Of a stretch of DNA of 56,852 bases, positions 43,471 to 53,811 are shown in pieces. The notes under the pieces are model-generated. The model was not told where the DNA came from. It was given only the letters and a program-made list of their open reading frames with translations, and did no database searches. The stretch is from a bacterium. Lineage in GTDB: Bacteria > Patescibacteriota > Minisyncoccia > UBA6257 > JAGOQP01. A program made the position numbers and the translations under genes. Position 1 is the first letter of the stretch. Every line of letters begins with the position of its first letter. Where the stretch lies: NCBI GenBank assembly GCA_021780155.1, contig JAJXZH010000006.1, positions 1 through 56,852 on the forward strand. The letters are read 5' to 3'.

Positions 43471-46400
43471 ATGTCCGACTTTGTCCATCTTCACAATCAC
43501 AGTCATTATTCTTTATTGGACGGTCTCGCCAAAATTGACGAACTCGTCGCTCAAACTAAAAAAATGGGGATGGATGCAATAGCATTAACCGACCACGGCA
43601 ATCTTTACGGAGCGATAGAATTTTATAAAGAAGCTAAAAAACAAGGAATCAAACCGATCATGGGAGTTGAGGCATATTTGGCTCCCAAAAGCAGATTTAT
43701 AAAAAATTCAAACGATGCCGACAGATATTTTCATATAACTCTTTTGGCAAAAAATAACGCCGGCTGGAAAAATTTGATTCAACTGGTAACCAAAGCCAAC
43801 CTGGAAGGATTTTATTACAAACCGAGAATAGATAAAGAGCTTTTACAAGAACACAAAGAAGGATTGATTGTTTTGTCCGGATGTCCATCGGGAGAAATTC
43901 CAAAACTCATATTGAAAAATCAGATCGATGAAGCTTATAAAACCGCCGATGAATATAAAAATATTTTTGGAGAAGATTTTTATATTGAAATTTGGCATCA
44001 ACCAAAAATAAAAGAAGTCCACAAAGCTCTCCCCTACTTGATAGACCTGGCAAAAGAAAAAAATATTCCATTAGTCGCCACTCAAGACACTCACTATATA
44101 AAAAAAGAAGATGCTTTTTATCACGATGTTTTGTTGGCGGTGCAAACGGGAAATAAAATTACCGACGATGACAGATTCACTCTAAAAGCCGGAGAATTTT
44201 ATTTACGCCCCAAAGAAGAGATGGAGGAAATATTTAAAAATGTTCCGGAAGCCATCAGTAATACCGTGAAAATTGCCGACAAATGCAATGTGGATATTTC
44301 ACTCGGACAAACATTAATTCCAAAATTTACCGTGCCCGAAAATGAAACCGCATTTTCGTTCTTGGAAAAATTAGTCAATCAAAGAATTTCGGAAAGATAT
44401 CCGGAGATGACAGATGAAATAAAAGAGCGTTTAAAATACGAACTTGAAGTCATAAAAAAAACGGGTTTTGCCGATTATTTTTTAATAGTTCAGGATTTTG
44501 TCAATTGGGCAAAAGAAAGAAAAATAGTCGTTGGTCCCGGTAGAGGCTCGGCGGCAGGAAGCATTATTTCTTACATATTAAAAATAACCGAAGTTGATCC
44601 GATAAAATACAACCTTCTTTTTGAAAGATTTTTAAATCCCGACAGAATAGAAATGCCGGATATAGATATAGATTTTACCGATATCAGACGCGACGAAGTT
44701 ATGGGATATTTGAGAGAAAAATACGGAGAAAACAGCGTTGCTCATATTATTACTTTCGGAACGATGGCCTCAAGGGCCGCCATACGCGATTCAGGCAGAG
44801 CTTTGGGATTTTCTTACGGATTTTGCGACGAAATTTCAAAGATGATTCCATTTAACGCTAATTTAAAAGACGCGCTGGAACAAGTTCCGGAATTAAAAAA
44901 TCAATACGATAATAATCCGGAAGTGCGCCGACTAATAGACACCGCTATGCATCTTGAAGGTGTCGCCAGACACGCCTCAGTTCACGCTTGCGGAACGGTT
45001 ATCGGAGCAAAACCCCTAACCGAATATATGCCCTTGCAATATGCTCCTCAGGACCCGAACACTATTATCACTCAATTTGAAATGGGAGCGGTCAATTCTT
45101 TGGGACTTTTAAAAATGGATTTACTTGGATTAAAAAATTTAACCATTATCGAGGAAACGATTAGATTAATAAAAGACACTCAAGGAGTTGAAATAGATAT
45201 AGAAAAAATTCCTTTAGACGACAAAAAAACTTTTTCTCTTATTCAAGCGGCCGACACTACCGGAGTTTTCCAATTTGAATCAAGCGGAATGAGACGATAT
45301 TTAAAAGAGTTAAAACCAACCGAACTTGAAGATATTATCGCTATGGTAGCTTTATACAGACCCGGCCCAATGGAACTTATTCCACAATACATCGCCAGAA
45401 AACACGGGAAGGAAAAAGTAACTTATCTACATCCCTTACTTGAGCCAATTTTAAAAAATACACACGGAATAGGAATTTATCAGGAACAAATGATGCAAAT
45501 CGCCCGCGATTTGGGAGGATTTACTTTAAGCGAGGCCGACATATTGAGAAAAGCAATCGGTAAAAAAATTAAAGAACTTTTGGACAAGCAAAGAGAAAAA
45601 ATTATGTCCGGAATGATAGCCAAAGGTATAGATAAAAAAACAGCCGAAGAAATCTGGGAAATGTTTCCTCCTTTTTCCAGGTATGGATTTAATAGAAGTC
45701 ATGCCGCTTGCTATGCCATAATCGCTTATCAGACCGCTTATCTGAAAGCTCACTTCCCCATCGAATTAACCACTGCCCTTCTAAATAACGATTCCGGCGA
45801 CGTGGAAAGAATTTCTTTTTTGGTTTCGGAATCAAAAAAAATAGGCATTCAAGTTTTGCCTCCTGACATCAATCAAAGTTATTTAAGATTTTCTCCTGAA
45901 GGAAATCACATACGATTTGGGCTTTCGGCAATTAAAAATGTCGGCTCCAATATAGTAAGCGCCATTATTTCCGAAAGACAAAAAAACGGACCGTTTGTCT
46001 CCATATCCGACTTCTTGGCAAGAGTTACCCACAAAGATTTAAATAAAAAATCTTTAGAAAGCTTGAGCAAGGCCGGAGTTTTTGATGGATTAGGAATAGA
46101 AAGAAACGTTATTTTATCCAACTTGGAAAGAATACTGAGTTTTTCTCAACAAGCGAAAAAACACTCGGGCATTTCTCAAAATGGACTTTTTGGAAATAAA
46201 ACTTCCGAATACAAAATATCTCTCAATCAAGCCGCTCCCGCCAAAGAAGAAGAAAAATTGGCTTGGGAAAAAGAACTTTTGGGATTTTATGTTTCAAAGC
46301 ATCCATTAAAAAAATATGAAAATTTCTTCAAAGAAAAGAAGGTTTACCCGATAAAAAGCATAATTGATAAGTCGGCAAAATCGGGAATTGCCGGTTCTTA

Positions 46401-46638
46401 CAGAATCGCCGGAATAATCGTTTCAATAAAAAAAATAACCACCAAAAACAAAAAAATAATGGCATTTGCAAGGATTGAAGATTTGAGCGATACTTTGGAA
46501 GTGGTAGTTTTCTCCGAAATTTTGGAAAAGAAACCGGAAGTTTGGGAAAATCAAAACATAGTAATTATTCAAGGCAAACTTTCTTTAAGAGATAACGAAC
46601 CAAAAATAATTGTTGATCAAGTAATAAAAATAAATTAA
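43471..46638 (+). CDS. dnaE: DNA polymerase III alpha subunit
   Basis: PHP domain FVHLHNHSHYSLLDG, polymerase core GPGRGSAAGS, and a C-terminal OB fold. Confidence 0.96.
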   Translation: MSDFVHLHNHSHYSLLDGLAKIDELVAQTKKMGMDAIALTDHGNLYGAIEFYKEAKKQGIKPIMGVEAYLAPKSRFIKNSNDADRYFHITLLAKNNAGWKNLIQLVTKANLEGFYYKPRIDKELLQEHKEGLIVLSGCPSGEIPKLILKNQIDEAYKTADEYKNIFGEDFYIEIWHQPKIKEVHKALPYLIDLAKEKNIPLVATQDTHYIKKEDAFYHDVLLAVQTGNKITDDDRFTLKAGEFYLRPKEEMEEIFKNVPEAISNTVKIADKCNVDISLGQTLIPKFTVPENETAFSFLEKLVNQRISERYPEMTDEIKERLKYELEVIKKTGFADYFLIVQDFVNWAKERKIVVGPGRGSAAGSIISYILKITEVDPIKYNLLFERFLNPDRIEMPDIDIDFTDIRRDEVMGYLREKYGENSVAHIITFGTMASRAAIRDSGRALGFSYGFCDEISKMIPFNANLKDALEQVPELKNQYDNNPEVRRLIDTAMHLEGVARHASVHACGTVIGAKPLTEYMPLQYAPQDPNTIITQFEMGAVNSLGLLKMDLLGLKNLTIIEETIRLIKDTQGVEIDIEKIPLDDKKTFSLIQAADTTGVFQFESSGMRRYLKELKPTELEDIIAMVALYRPGPMELIPQYIARKHGKEKVTYLHPLLEPILKNTHGIGIYQEQMMQIARDLGGFTLSEADILRKAIGKKIKELLDKQREKIMSGMIAKGIDKKTAEEIWEMFPPFSRYGFNRSHAACYAIIAYQTAYLKAHFPIELTTALLNNDSGDVERISFLVSESKKIGIQVLPPDINQSYLRFSPEGNHIRFGLSAIKNVGSNIVSAIISERQKNGPFVSISDFLARVTHKDLNKKSLESLSKAGVFDGLGIERNVILSNLERILSFSQQAKKHSGISQNGLFGNKTSEYKISLNQAAPAKEEEKLAWEKELLGFYVSKHPLKKYENFFKEKKVYPIKSIIDKSAKSGIAGSYRIAGIIVSIKKITTKNKKIMAFARIEDLSDTLEVVVFSEILEKKPEVWENQNIVIIQGKLSLRDNEPKIIVDQVIKIN

Positions 46639-46672
46639 AATTCAAAATAAATGATTGATTTTTAATGATAAA

Positions 46673-48466
46673 ATGATTATGAACAAAGAAAAAAATAAGA
46701 TAGATGCTCAGTTAAATAAAGTTCGTCATTCTCTGTCGCATCTTTTGGCGATGGCGGTTTTAGAAAAATGGCCGGATGCCAAACTTGGAATCGGACCGGT
46801 TATAGAAAATGGATTTTACTATGATTTTGATTTTAAAAAACCAATTTTAGAAAACGACTTGGTGGAATTGGAAAAGACAATGAAAAAATTGATAGAACAA
46901 AACCTTGAATTTACAAAAAAAACAATCACCTACTCTCAATCCAAAAAAATGTTTATTAAAGCTCCTTATAAATTGGAATTAATAGAAGAACTTCACAAAA
47001 AGAAATATCCTTTGAGCATTTATGAAACGTCGCTTAAAGACAAAAAAAATAAAAAAATATTATTTATAGACCTTTGCTCGGGACCTCATATAAAAAATAC
47101 CAAAGAAATCCCTGCTGACGGATTTAAGCTGATGTCTTTAGCGGGTGCCTATTGGAAAGGAAGTGAAAAAAATAAAATGTTAACCAGAATTTATGGCGTT
47201 GCCTTTGAGTCAAGAGAAAAACTCCAAGAATATGTCCAAATGTTGACCGAAGCCGAAAAAAGAGACCATAAAAAATTAGGAAAGGAGTTGGGATTGTATG
47301 TTTTTTCGGAACTGGTTGGACCAGGACTTCCTCTTTATACGTTTAATGGAGCCATTATTAGAAGAGAAATTGTTAAATTCTCCAACGAACTCCAGGAAAG
47401 TATCGGCTACCGCGAGGTTCACACACCAAATATGAACAAAGCGGAACTCTTCAAAGTTTCCGGTCATTACGATAAATATAAAGATGCCATGTTTAGGGTT
47501 ATTTCCAATTATTCCAAAGAAGAATATTTTCTCAAGCCAATGAACTGCCCTCAGCACACTCAGATTTACGCCTCCGAAAAAAGAAGCTATAAAGACCTGC
47601 CCATAAGGATCGCCGACTTTGCCAATTTATATAGAGATGAAAAACCTGGGGAGTTAAGCGGACTTACCCGCTTGAGATCTTTTTCACAGGACGATGGCCA
47701 TTGTTTCTGCAGAGAAGATCAAATTAAAGAAGAATTCTTGTCGGTCTTAAATATAATTAAAATTGCCCTCAAAACATATGGGATGAATTATTTCATCCGA
47801 CTTTCGTTGTGGGACCCCAAACACCAGGAAAAGTATCTCGGGGAACCGAAAGTATGGAACAAATCCCAAAAAATGCTGGAAGAAATTTTAAAAGAAAATA
47901 AAATTGAATACTCAATTGGAATCGGAGAGGCCGCAATCTATGGCCCAAAAATGGACATAATAACCAAGGACTCTCTTGGACGAGAATGGCAGATATCAAC
48001 CATCCAACTGGACCTCATAATGCCAAAAAGATTTGAGCTCACGTATACCGACAAAGAAGGAAAACAGGTAACGCCAATTATGATTCATAGAGCAATTGTT
48101 GGCTCTCCGGAAAGATTTATGGGAATTTTGATAGAACACTATGCCGGCGCATTTCCAACTTGGCTCTCTCCGATTCAGGCGATCATCATTCCTATTTCTG
48201 AAAAGCAATTGAATTATGCCCGAGAAATTTATAATAAACTTAAAGAATCTGGAGTTAGGGTAGAAATCGCAGACGCCAATGAAACTCTCGGAAAGAGAAT
48301 ACGAGAAGCCGAATTAAAAAAAATCCCCTATTCTTTAATCGCCGGAGACAAGGAAAAAAATAATCAATCAATCAATGTCCGAAGTTATCACAAGGGTCAG
48401 CTGGGAGAAATGAACCTGGAAAAATTCATCAAAGAAATTAACGATGAAATAAAAGACAGAAAATAA
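46673..48466 (+). CDS. thrS: threonine--tRNA ligase (no N-terminal TGS domain)
   Basis: The second additional domain has HSLSHLLA. Class II core motifs are RDEKPGELSGLTRLRSFSQDDGH and AIYGPKMD. The track start at 46655 is TTG; ATGs are at 46673 and 46679. Confidence 0.9.
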   Translation: MIMNKEKNKIDAQLNKVRHSLSHLLAMAVLEKWPDAKLGIGPVIENGFYYDFDFKKPILENDLVELEKTMKKLIEQNLEFTKKTITYSQSKKMFIKAPYKLELIEELHKKKYPLSIYETSLKDKKNKKILFIDLCSGPHIKNTKEIPADGFKLMSLAGAYWKGSEKNKMLTRIYGVAFESREKLQEYVQMLTEAEKRDHKKLGKELGLYVFSELVGPGLPLYTFNGAIIRREIVKFSNELQESIGYREVHTPNMNKAELFKVSGHYDKYKDAMFRVISNYSKEEYFLKPMNCPQHTQIYASEKRSYKDLPIRIADFANLYRDEKPGELSGLTRLRSFSQDDGHCFCREDQIKEEFLSVLNIIKIALKTYGMNYFIRLSLWDPKHQEKYLGEPKVWNKSQKMLEEILKENKIEYSIGIGEAAIYGPKMDIITKDSLGREWQISTIQLDLIMPKRFELTYTDKEGKQVTPIMIHRAIVGSPERFMGILIEHYAGAFPTWLSPIQAIIIPISEKQLNYAREIYNKLKESGVRVEIADANETLGKRIREAELKKIPYSLIAGDKEKNNQSINVRSYHKGQLGEMNLEKFIKEINDEIKDRK

Positions 48467-48501
48467 AAATACCCTCCTTTGTGAGGGTATTTTAATTGAT
48501 T

Positions 48502-48822
48502 TCACTTCCAAGACAAAACGAGAATTTTTGAATAAACACCTCTTCCTTCATAAAACAAATCCCATTTGACGGAAAATCCGGCCCTTACCCATGGACGAAT
48601 CATTTTTTTGACGGACGAGTCAAATTCCTCATTGATATCAATTTTAATCCAATCGATTTCAATCTGATATTTTCCGCCAAAAGCGGCATTTCTGATCGCT
48701 TGTTCTATGATGTAATTATGATTATAAGGCGGTTCAATTTTGGAAAACTCCGACTTCTTTTTTAAAGCAAGCTTGATTATGTTGGAAATTTTTCGAGCTT
48801 GTTTTGCGGTGATTATATTCAT
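48502..48822 (-). CDS. hypothetical protein (106 aa)
   Basis: Strong SD AAGGAGG upstream of the ATG at 48822. The longer track ORF has no better support. Confidence 0.5.
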   Translation of the reverse strand: MNIITAKQARKISNIIKLALKKKSEFSKIEPPYNHNYIIEQAIRNAAFGGKYQIEIDWIKIDINEEFDSSVKKMIRPWVRAGFSVKWDLFYEGRGVYSKILVLSWK

Positions 48823-48869
48823 GGCTCCTCCTTGTGAGAACTGAATAAAAAATATATCATATTTTAAAT

Positions 48870-49802
48870 ATGTCAATAGAAACAAAGCAAAAAATAATTG
48901 CCATTGTCGGGCAAACCGCTTCCGGAAAATCGGATATTGCGGTTAATATTGCGTTGTTTATAAAAAAGAATGCAAAAAAATTTAAAACCCGCGGAGCAGA
49001 AATAATATCAGCCGATTCAAGACAGGTTTATAAACATCTTAATATCGGTTCCAACAAAATAACCAAAAAAGAAATGTGTGGAATAAAGCACCATCTCCTT
49101 GATGTAGCTTCTCCCAAAAAAATATTTTCCGCATCCCAATATCAAAAACTTTCTCAAAAATCTATAAATAAAATAATAAGAGAAAATAAAATCCCAGTAG
49201 TATGTGGAGGAACCGGATTTTATGTTGATGCTTTGATATATGGGACAATATTCCCCAAGGTAAAACCAAATTTAAAACTCAGAAGAAAACTCGAAAAAAT
49301 TAGCGTTAAAGAGCTTTTTGAGATATTAAAGCAAAAAGACCCCAACAGAGCAGAAAATATAGATTCTAAAAACAAAAGACGATTAATTAGAGCTCTTGAA
49401 ATAAATATCCTGACCGGCAAACCGATTATAAATTTAAAAAAAGATTCAAAATTTCAAACTCTCTGGATTGGACTTTCGGCTGATAAATCGACAATAAAAG
49501 AAAAAATATCAAAGCGACTGGAAAAAAGGTTAAATAAGGGATTAATCAATGAAGTAAAAAATCTTCATCAAAAATATAACCTGTCATGGAAAAAATTGGA
49601 ATCTTTTGGCTTGGAATACAGATTTGTTGCTCAATTTCTTGAAAAGAAAATAACAAAAGAAAAGATGAAAGAGATGATAATTTCAGAAAGTGCCAAATAT
49701 GCCAAACGTCAGATGACTTGGTTTAATAGAAACAAAGATATTATCTGGATAAACTCAAAACAAAAGATTTTTAATTTGATAAAAAAATTTATCAAAAATT
49801 AA
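48870..49802 (+). CDS. miaA: tRNA dimethylallyltransferase
   Basis: P-loop GQTASGKS, DSRQVYK and GGTGFY. Confidence 0.92.
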   Translation: MSIETKQKIIAIVGQTASGKSDIAVNIALFIKKNAKKFKTRGAEIISADSRQVYKHLNIGSNKITKKEMCGIKHHLLDVASPKKIFSASQYQKLSQKSINKIIRENKIPVVCGGTGFYVDALIYGTIFPKVKPNLKLRRKLEKISVKELFEILKQKDPNRAENIDSKNKRRLIRALEINILTGKPIINLKKDSKFQTLWIGLSADKSTIKEKISKRLEKRLNKGLINEVKNLHQKYNLSWKKLESFGLEYRFVAQFLEKKITKEKMKEMIISESAKYAKRQMTWFNRNKDIIWINSKQKIFNLIKKFIKN

Positions 49803-49805
49803 TCA

Positions 49806-50240
49806 TTATTGAGAATCCGATAACGGTCCTTCAAGTAAAACAACCGGCTCTATTTTGCTGGCCGCATCCAGACCAATTAATTCATCATTGATTTCGTCAA
49901 CTAAATCATTCATCAATTTTTGATAAAGTTTTGATCTGCTGTTGTCAAAATTGCGGCTGTTTAACATAACAAATTTTATTTTTTTGGGAAGATTTTTAAG
50001 GATATAAATATACTGGGCTTTATCGGGATTCCTTTCATTAGCCGAAGAGATATTAATCCTTCCTTCATATAATTTTCTTATTGGAGTAAGCAAACCTTTT
50101 ATGTTGGTTATCGTTTCGGCTTGATTTATCATATCACTCCCTATTGCCTCCGAATAAATAATCAAAATTTCATCCGGCGAAGGAGACGTTTCCGATCTTG
50201 AGTTGTCTTTTTTTGTGTTTGGCATATTTTTTGAAAACAT
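49806..50240 (-). CDS. hypothetical protein (144 aa)
   Basis: Same strand as the upstream ORF and 6 nt downstream of it. No motifs recognised. Confidence 0.45.
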   Translation of the reverse strand: MFSKNMPNTKKDNSRSETSPSPDEILIIYSEAIGSDMINQAETITNIKGLLTPIRKLYEGRINISSANERNPDKAQYIYILKNLPKKIKFVMLNSRNFDNSRSKLYQKLMNDLVDEINDELIGLDAASKIEPVVLLEGPLSDSQ

Positions 50241-50246
50241 TGTAAA

Positions 50247-50645
50247 TTATAAAATATTTATGGTAAAAGATTTTTTTGAAATGTAACTCCATATCATTTT
50301 CGCTCTGGTGGACATCTCGGTCAAGGTCTGACTGGACGCCTCTTTGTCACTTATACCGAATTTTTTATCAACAGCATCGGCTAATATTTGATACAATTTG
50401 TTTCTATCCATAAACTTCATCCTCATTCCCATAGCTCTATCAACCCATTCCGAAAAATTATCCAATTCTTCATTCTGTTGATTAACATCCATTTTTTTGT
50501 ATATCAAACTATTTATTTTACCAATAAAATCACGAACAAAAATATCCAACATTTCCTGTTTTTCGGGAGAAATTTTTGGCTCTCCCGCTTTTTGAAAGGA
50601 ATTGTTTCCTGAGTTTGAAATATTTGTTTCCATAAAATTTTTCAT
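50247..50645 (-). CDS. hypothetical protein (132 aa)
   Basis: Starts 7 nt after the gatB stop on the same strand. No motifs recognised. Confidence 0.45.
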   Translation of the reverse strand: MKNFMETNISNSGNNSFQKAGEPKISPEKQEMLDIFVRDFIGKINSLIYKKMDVNQQNEELDNFSEWVDRAMGMRMKFMDRNKLYQILADAVDKKFGISDKEASSQTLTEMSTRAKMIWSYISKKSFTINIL

Positions 50646-50652
50646 TTTAATG

Positions 50653-52095
50653 TTAACTTGATAGCAATTTCATCAACAATTCTTTAACGACTTTTGGGTT
50701 GGCCTTGCCTCTTGTTTTTGCCATTGCCTGACCAACAAGAAATTGCAGGGCATTTTCTTTACCATTTTTGTAATCATCACACACTTTATCGTTCTTTTCA
50801 ATAACCTCTTTTATCGCTAATTCCAATTCGTTTTCATTTGAAACCTGTAAAAGACCCTCTTCTTTTATTATATTATCGGGACTTTCTCCTGTTTCAAAAG
50901 ATTTTGCCAAAACATCTTTTGCCACTCTGCTGGATATTTTATCCGACGACAACAAATAAACTATTTGAGCCAAATGTTTTGGTTCAAGTTTTGATTGATT
51001 CAAGTTTATCTTTTTGTCCGACTCTATTCCTTTTATGTCGGAGGTTAAATAATTATAAATTGTTTCGGGATTGCCTTTAATATCCAGCTCTTTCAATTCG
51101 GAAACGGATTTTTCAAAAAAATCGGAAAAGTTTACATCACTAATTAATAGCTCTATTTGAGTATCGGATAAATTATAATCCGAAGAAAATCTTTTTCTTT
51201 TCTGTTCCGGCAATTCAGAGATGGAATTTTTTATTTCGTTTATATATTGATCGTCAAAAATCATGGGTGGCAAATCAGGTTCGGGAAAATATCTGTAGTC
51301 GTGTGCTTCTTCTTTTAATCTCTGAGAAATTGTTCTTTGTTTAACATCGTCCCATCCTCTTGTTTCCTGAGCAATTTTTTTACCACCTTCCAGTTCTTCT
51401 TCTTGTCTTTGAATTTCACATCCGATAGAACCAAAAACTGCCCTGAAAGAATTTAAATTTTTTATTTCCACCTTCGTCCCGAGCGGCTTGCCTTCTTTAG
51501 CTATGGAAATATTAACTTCAACCCTCATATGGCCCTTCTCCATATCGGCATCGGAAGCTTTTAGCGACCTCAAAATCAATTGAAACTCTCTGGCAAATTC
51601 AACGGCCTCATCGGCATTGGCTATGTCCGGCTCGGTAACCAATTCCATCAAAGGCACCCCGGCGCGATTGAAATCAACCAAGCTGTGTTTGCCATCAACC
51701 GAATGAGCAAGACGCCCGGTATCCTCCTCCAGATGGATTCTCGTTATTCTTACTTTCTTACCATTTGAGGGAAGAATTAAATACCCATCAAAACAAAGCG
51801 GTTTATCATACTGACTGATTTGATAAGCCTTCGGCAAATCCGGATAAAAATAATTTTTTCTGTCAAATTTGGAAAATTTATTTATTTTACAGTTTAGAGC
51901 TAATCCGGTTTTAATGACCAAATCAACCGCCTCTTTGTTAATTTTGGGCAGAGTTCCCGGATGACCCAAGCAGATGGGGCAAATATTCACATTCGGTTTT
52001 ATCTCAAGTGGGTCGTTATTGCAGTCGCAAAACATTTTTGTTTGCGTCAACAACTCCGAATGAATTTCCAGTCCAATGGTTGGTTTATATGACAT
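50653..52095 (-). CDS. gatB: Asp/Glu-tRNA amidotransferase subunit B
   Basis: IGLEIHSEL, CPICLGHPGTLP, and the C-terminal YqeY-like GatB domain. Confidence 0.95.
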   Translation of the reverse strand: MSYKPTIGLEIHSELLTQTKMFCDCNNDPLEIKPNVNICPICLGHPGTLPKINKEAVDLVIKTGLALNCKINKFSKFDRKNYFYPDLPKAYQISQYDKPLCFDGYLILPSNGKKVRITRIHLEEDTGRLAHSVDGKHSLVDFNRAGVPLMELVTEPDIANADEAVEFAREFQLILRSLKASDADMEKGHMRVEVNISIAKEGKPLGTKVEIKNLNSFRAVFGSIGCEIQRQEEELEGGKKIAQETRGWDDVKQRTISQRLKEEAHDYRYFPEPDLPPMIFDDQYINEIKNSISELPEQKRKRFSSDYNLSDTQIELLISDVNFSDFFEKSVSELKELDIKGNPETIYNYLTSDIKGIESDKKINLNQSKLEPKHLAQIVYLLSSDKISSRVAKDVLAKSFETGESPDNIIKEEGLLQVSNENELELAIKEVIEKNDKVCDDYKNGKENALQFLVGQAMAKTRGKANPKVVKELLMKLLSS

Positions 52096-52125
52096 TATTA
52101 TTAATATAACTCAAAAAAAAATCTT

Positions 52126-52770
52126 TCACAAACAATCGGCAAGTTTTGATTTCAGCAAGTCAAAAACATCCTTTGGAGTTCCACTTCCGTCAATAATCTC
52201 AAATCCATCAAAATGAGGTCCTATTGAAAGATATGCTTCTCTTATTTTTTTTAAACTTTCTTTATTTTCAAAAATTGTTTTTTTGCCATCTCTTTGCTCA
52301 ATTCTTGATATTGCCAAATCGGGATCAATATCAAAGAAAAATATCTTAAGTGGCATTACCATTTCATCACCAATGATTTCTTTGTGATAATTCCAAAGAG
52401 TTTTCCAATGAGTTTTTCCATCCAAACTCCCATACGCCAGAGTTGATAAAAAATACCTGTCGCAAAAAACTTTTTTTTCTTTTTTTAAATTCGGCGAGAT
52501 AAAATTATGGATATGATCCTTTCTATCCAAAATATAAAGCAATTGAATTTTTTCTGAGATGACACCCTTAACTTTTCCGCTTACAATGTCCTCTATTTTT
52601 TGAGACCATTGCCCATCTCTGGTATGTTCAAAAGTAAAGACAATATCTTCTCTTTTGTTTTTTAAAAAATACTCTTTCAAAAGATTTATTTGAGTTCCTT
52701 TGCCTGATCCGTCTATTCCTTCAAAAACAATAAAATTTTTATTTATTTTTTCGTTTAAAAGTCCAGCCAT
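52126..52770 (-). CDS. tmk: thymidylate kinase
   Basis: P-loop FIVFEGIDGSGKGTQ and DRY. ATG at 52770; the track start at 52806 is TTG. Confidence 0.88.
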   Translation of the reverse strand: MAGLLNEKINKNFIVFEGIDGSGKGTQINLLKEYFLKNKREDIVFTFEHTRDGQWSQKIEDIVSGKVKGVISEKIQLLYILDRKDHIHNFISPNLKKEKKVFCDRYFLSTLAYGSLDGKTHWKTLWNYHKEIIGDEMVMPLKIFFFDIDPDLAISRIEQRDGKKTIFENKESLKKIREAYLSIGPHFDGFEIIDGSGTPKDVFDLLKSKLADCL

Positions 52771-52871
52771 AAAAATAATTTTAGCCGTATTTGAAAAATA
52801 AGGCAATAACCTTTACACAACCAAAGTAAAATGATATAAAACAAGAAGCTCTACAAAAAGGAGGGTCAAAA

Positions 52872-53072
52872 GTGGAAAATCAAGCAATTATAATCGGACT
52901 GATTGTGGCTACTTACTTGATGTTAGCCCCATTTGGAACATACTTTATTTTTAACTCAATCAAACGATACTGGCCGAATAATATCTTTGATTTCTTCTTT
53001 GTTTATATTTTTTGGTTCCCCATTATTGCCCTTTTAATGATTTTGATTTTTTTAACCAAGAAAAAGCAATGA
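52872..53072 (+). CDS. small membrane protein (66 aa, GTG start)
   Basis: SD AAGGAGGG lies 6 nt upstream of the GTG. Two predicted TM helices. Confidence 0.45.
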   Translation: MENQAIIIGLIVATYLMLAPFGTYFIFNSIKRYWPNNIFDFFFVYIFWFPIIALLMILIFLTKKKQ

Positions 53073-53287
53073 AAATTTTTTTGATTTTTCTTAGCTTGTT
53101 GGTTTTGGATACTTTAATAGGAATCATTGCTATAAAATTGGCAGAACCAAAGAAAACCAATAGAGATAACCGATCGTTTGAAAGTCTTGGTGAAAAAATT
53201 TTTATCAGCATCTTCATTCTCCCAATTTCTACATTTATTTTTTTAATTTCATTATTTACAGTTATCTTTAGAAGATTATCAAAATAA
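53069..53287 (+). CDS. small membrane protein (72 aa)
   Basis: ATGA start/stop overlap with the preceding small ORF. Two TM helices. Confidence 0.45.
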   Translation: MKIFLIFLSLLVLDTLIGIIAIKLAEPKKTNRDNRSFESLGEKIFISIFILPISTFIFLISLFTVIFRRLSK

Positions 53288-53364
53288 ATTTAAAATCTCC
53301 GTTTTAAAAATCGGGGATTTTTTTAATTAAAAACGACTCCTTTTTGGAGCCGTTTTTTAAATTC

Positions 53365-53790
53365 TTATTCTTTTATTTCTATGCCCATCGAACGAGCGGT
53401 TCCTTCTATAATTTTCATCGCGGCATTTATGTCTCTGGCATTGAGGTCTTTGATTTTCTTTTCAGCAATTTCTCTGACCTGAGCCTTTGTAACAACACCA
53501 ACTTTGTTTCTCAAAGGGTCTCCGGCGCCCTTGGCAATTCCAGCCGCTTTTTTGAGCAAATCTGATGCCGGAGGAGTTTTTAAAATAAAATTAAAAGAAC
53601 GATCTTCGTAGATTGTGATAACTGCCGGCACTACGCTGCCCGTCATATCTTTAGTAGCTTCATTAAATTGAGAACAAAATTGTCCCAAATTAATTCCATG
53701 AGGACCAAGAGCGGTTCCAACCGGAGGGGCCGGAGTTGCTTTTCCCGCTTCAAGTTGAAGCTTTAAAGTTGTTTTGATTGGTTTTGCCAT
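53365..53790 (-). CDS. rplK: 50S ribosomal protein L11
   Basis: [24 protein letters not shown]. Confidence 0.95.
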   Translation of the reverse strand: MAKPIKTTLKLQLEAGKATPAPPVGTALGPHGINLGQFCSQFNEATKDMTGSVVPAVITIYEDRSFNFILKTPPASDLLKKAAGIAKGAGDPLRNKVGVVTKAQVREIAEKKIKDLNARDINAAMKIIEGTARSMGIEIKE

Positions 53791-53811
53791 ATTGTTATTA
53801 AAAATTAATAT

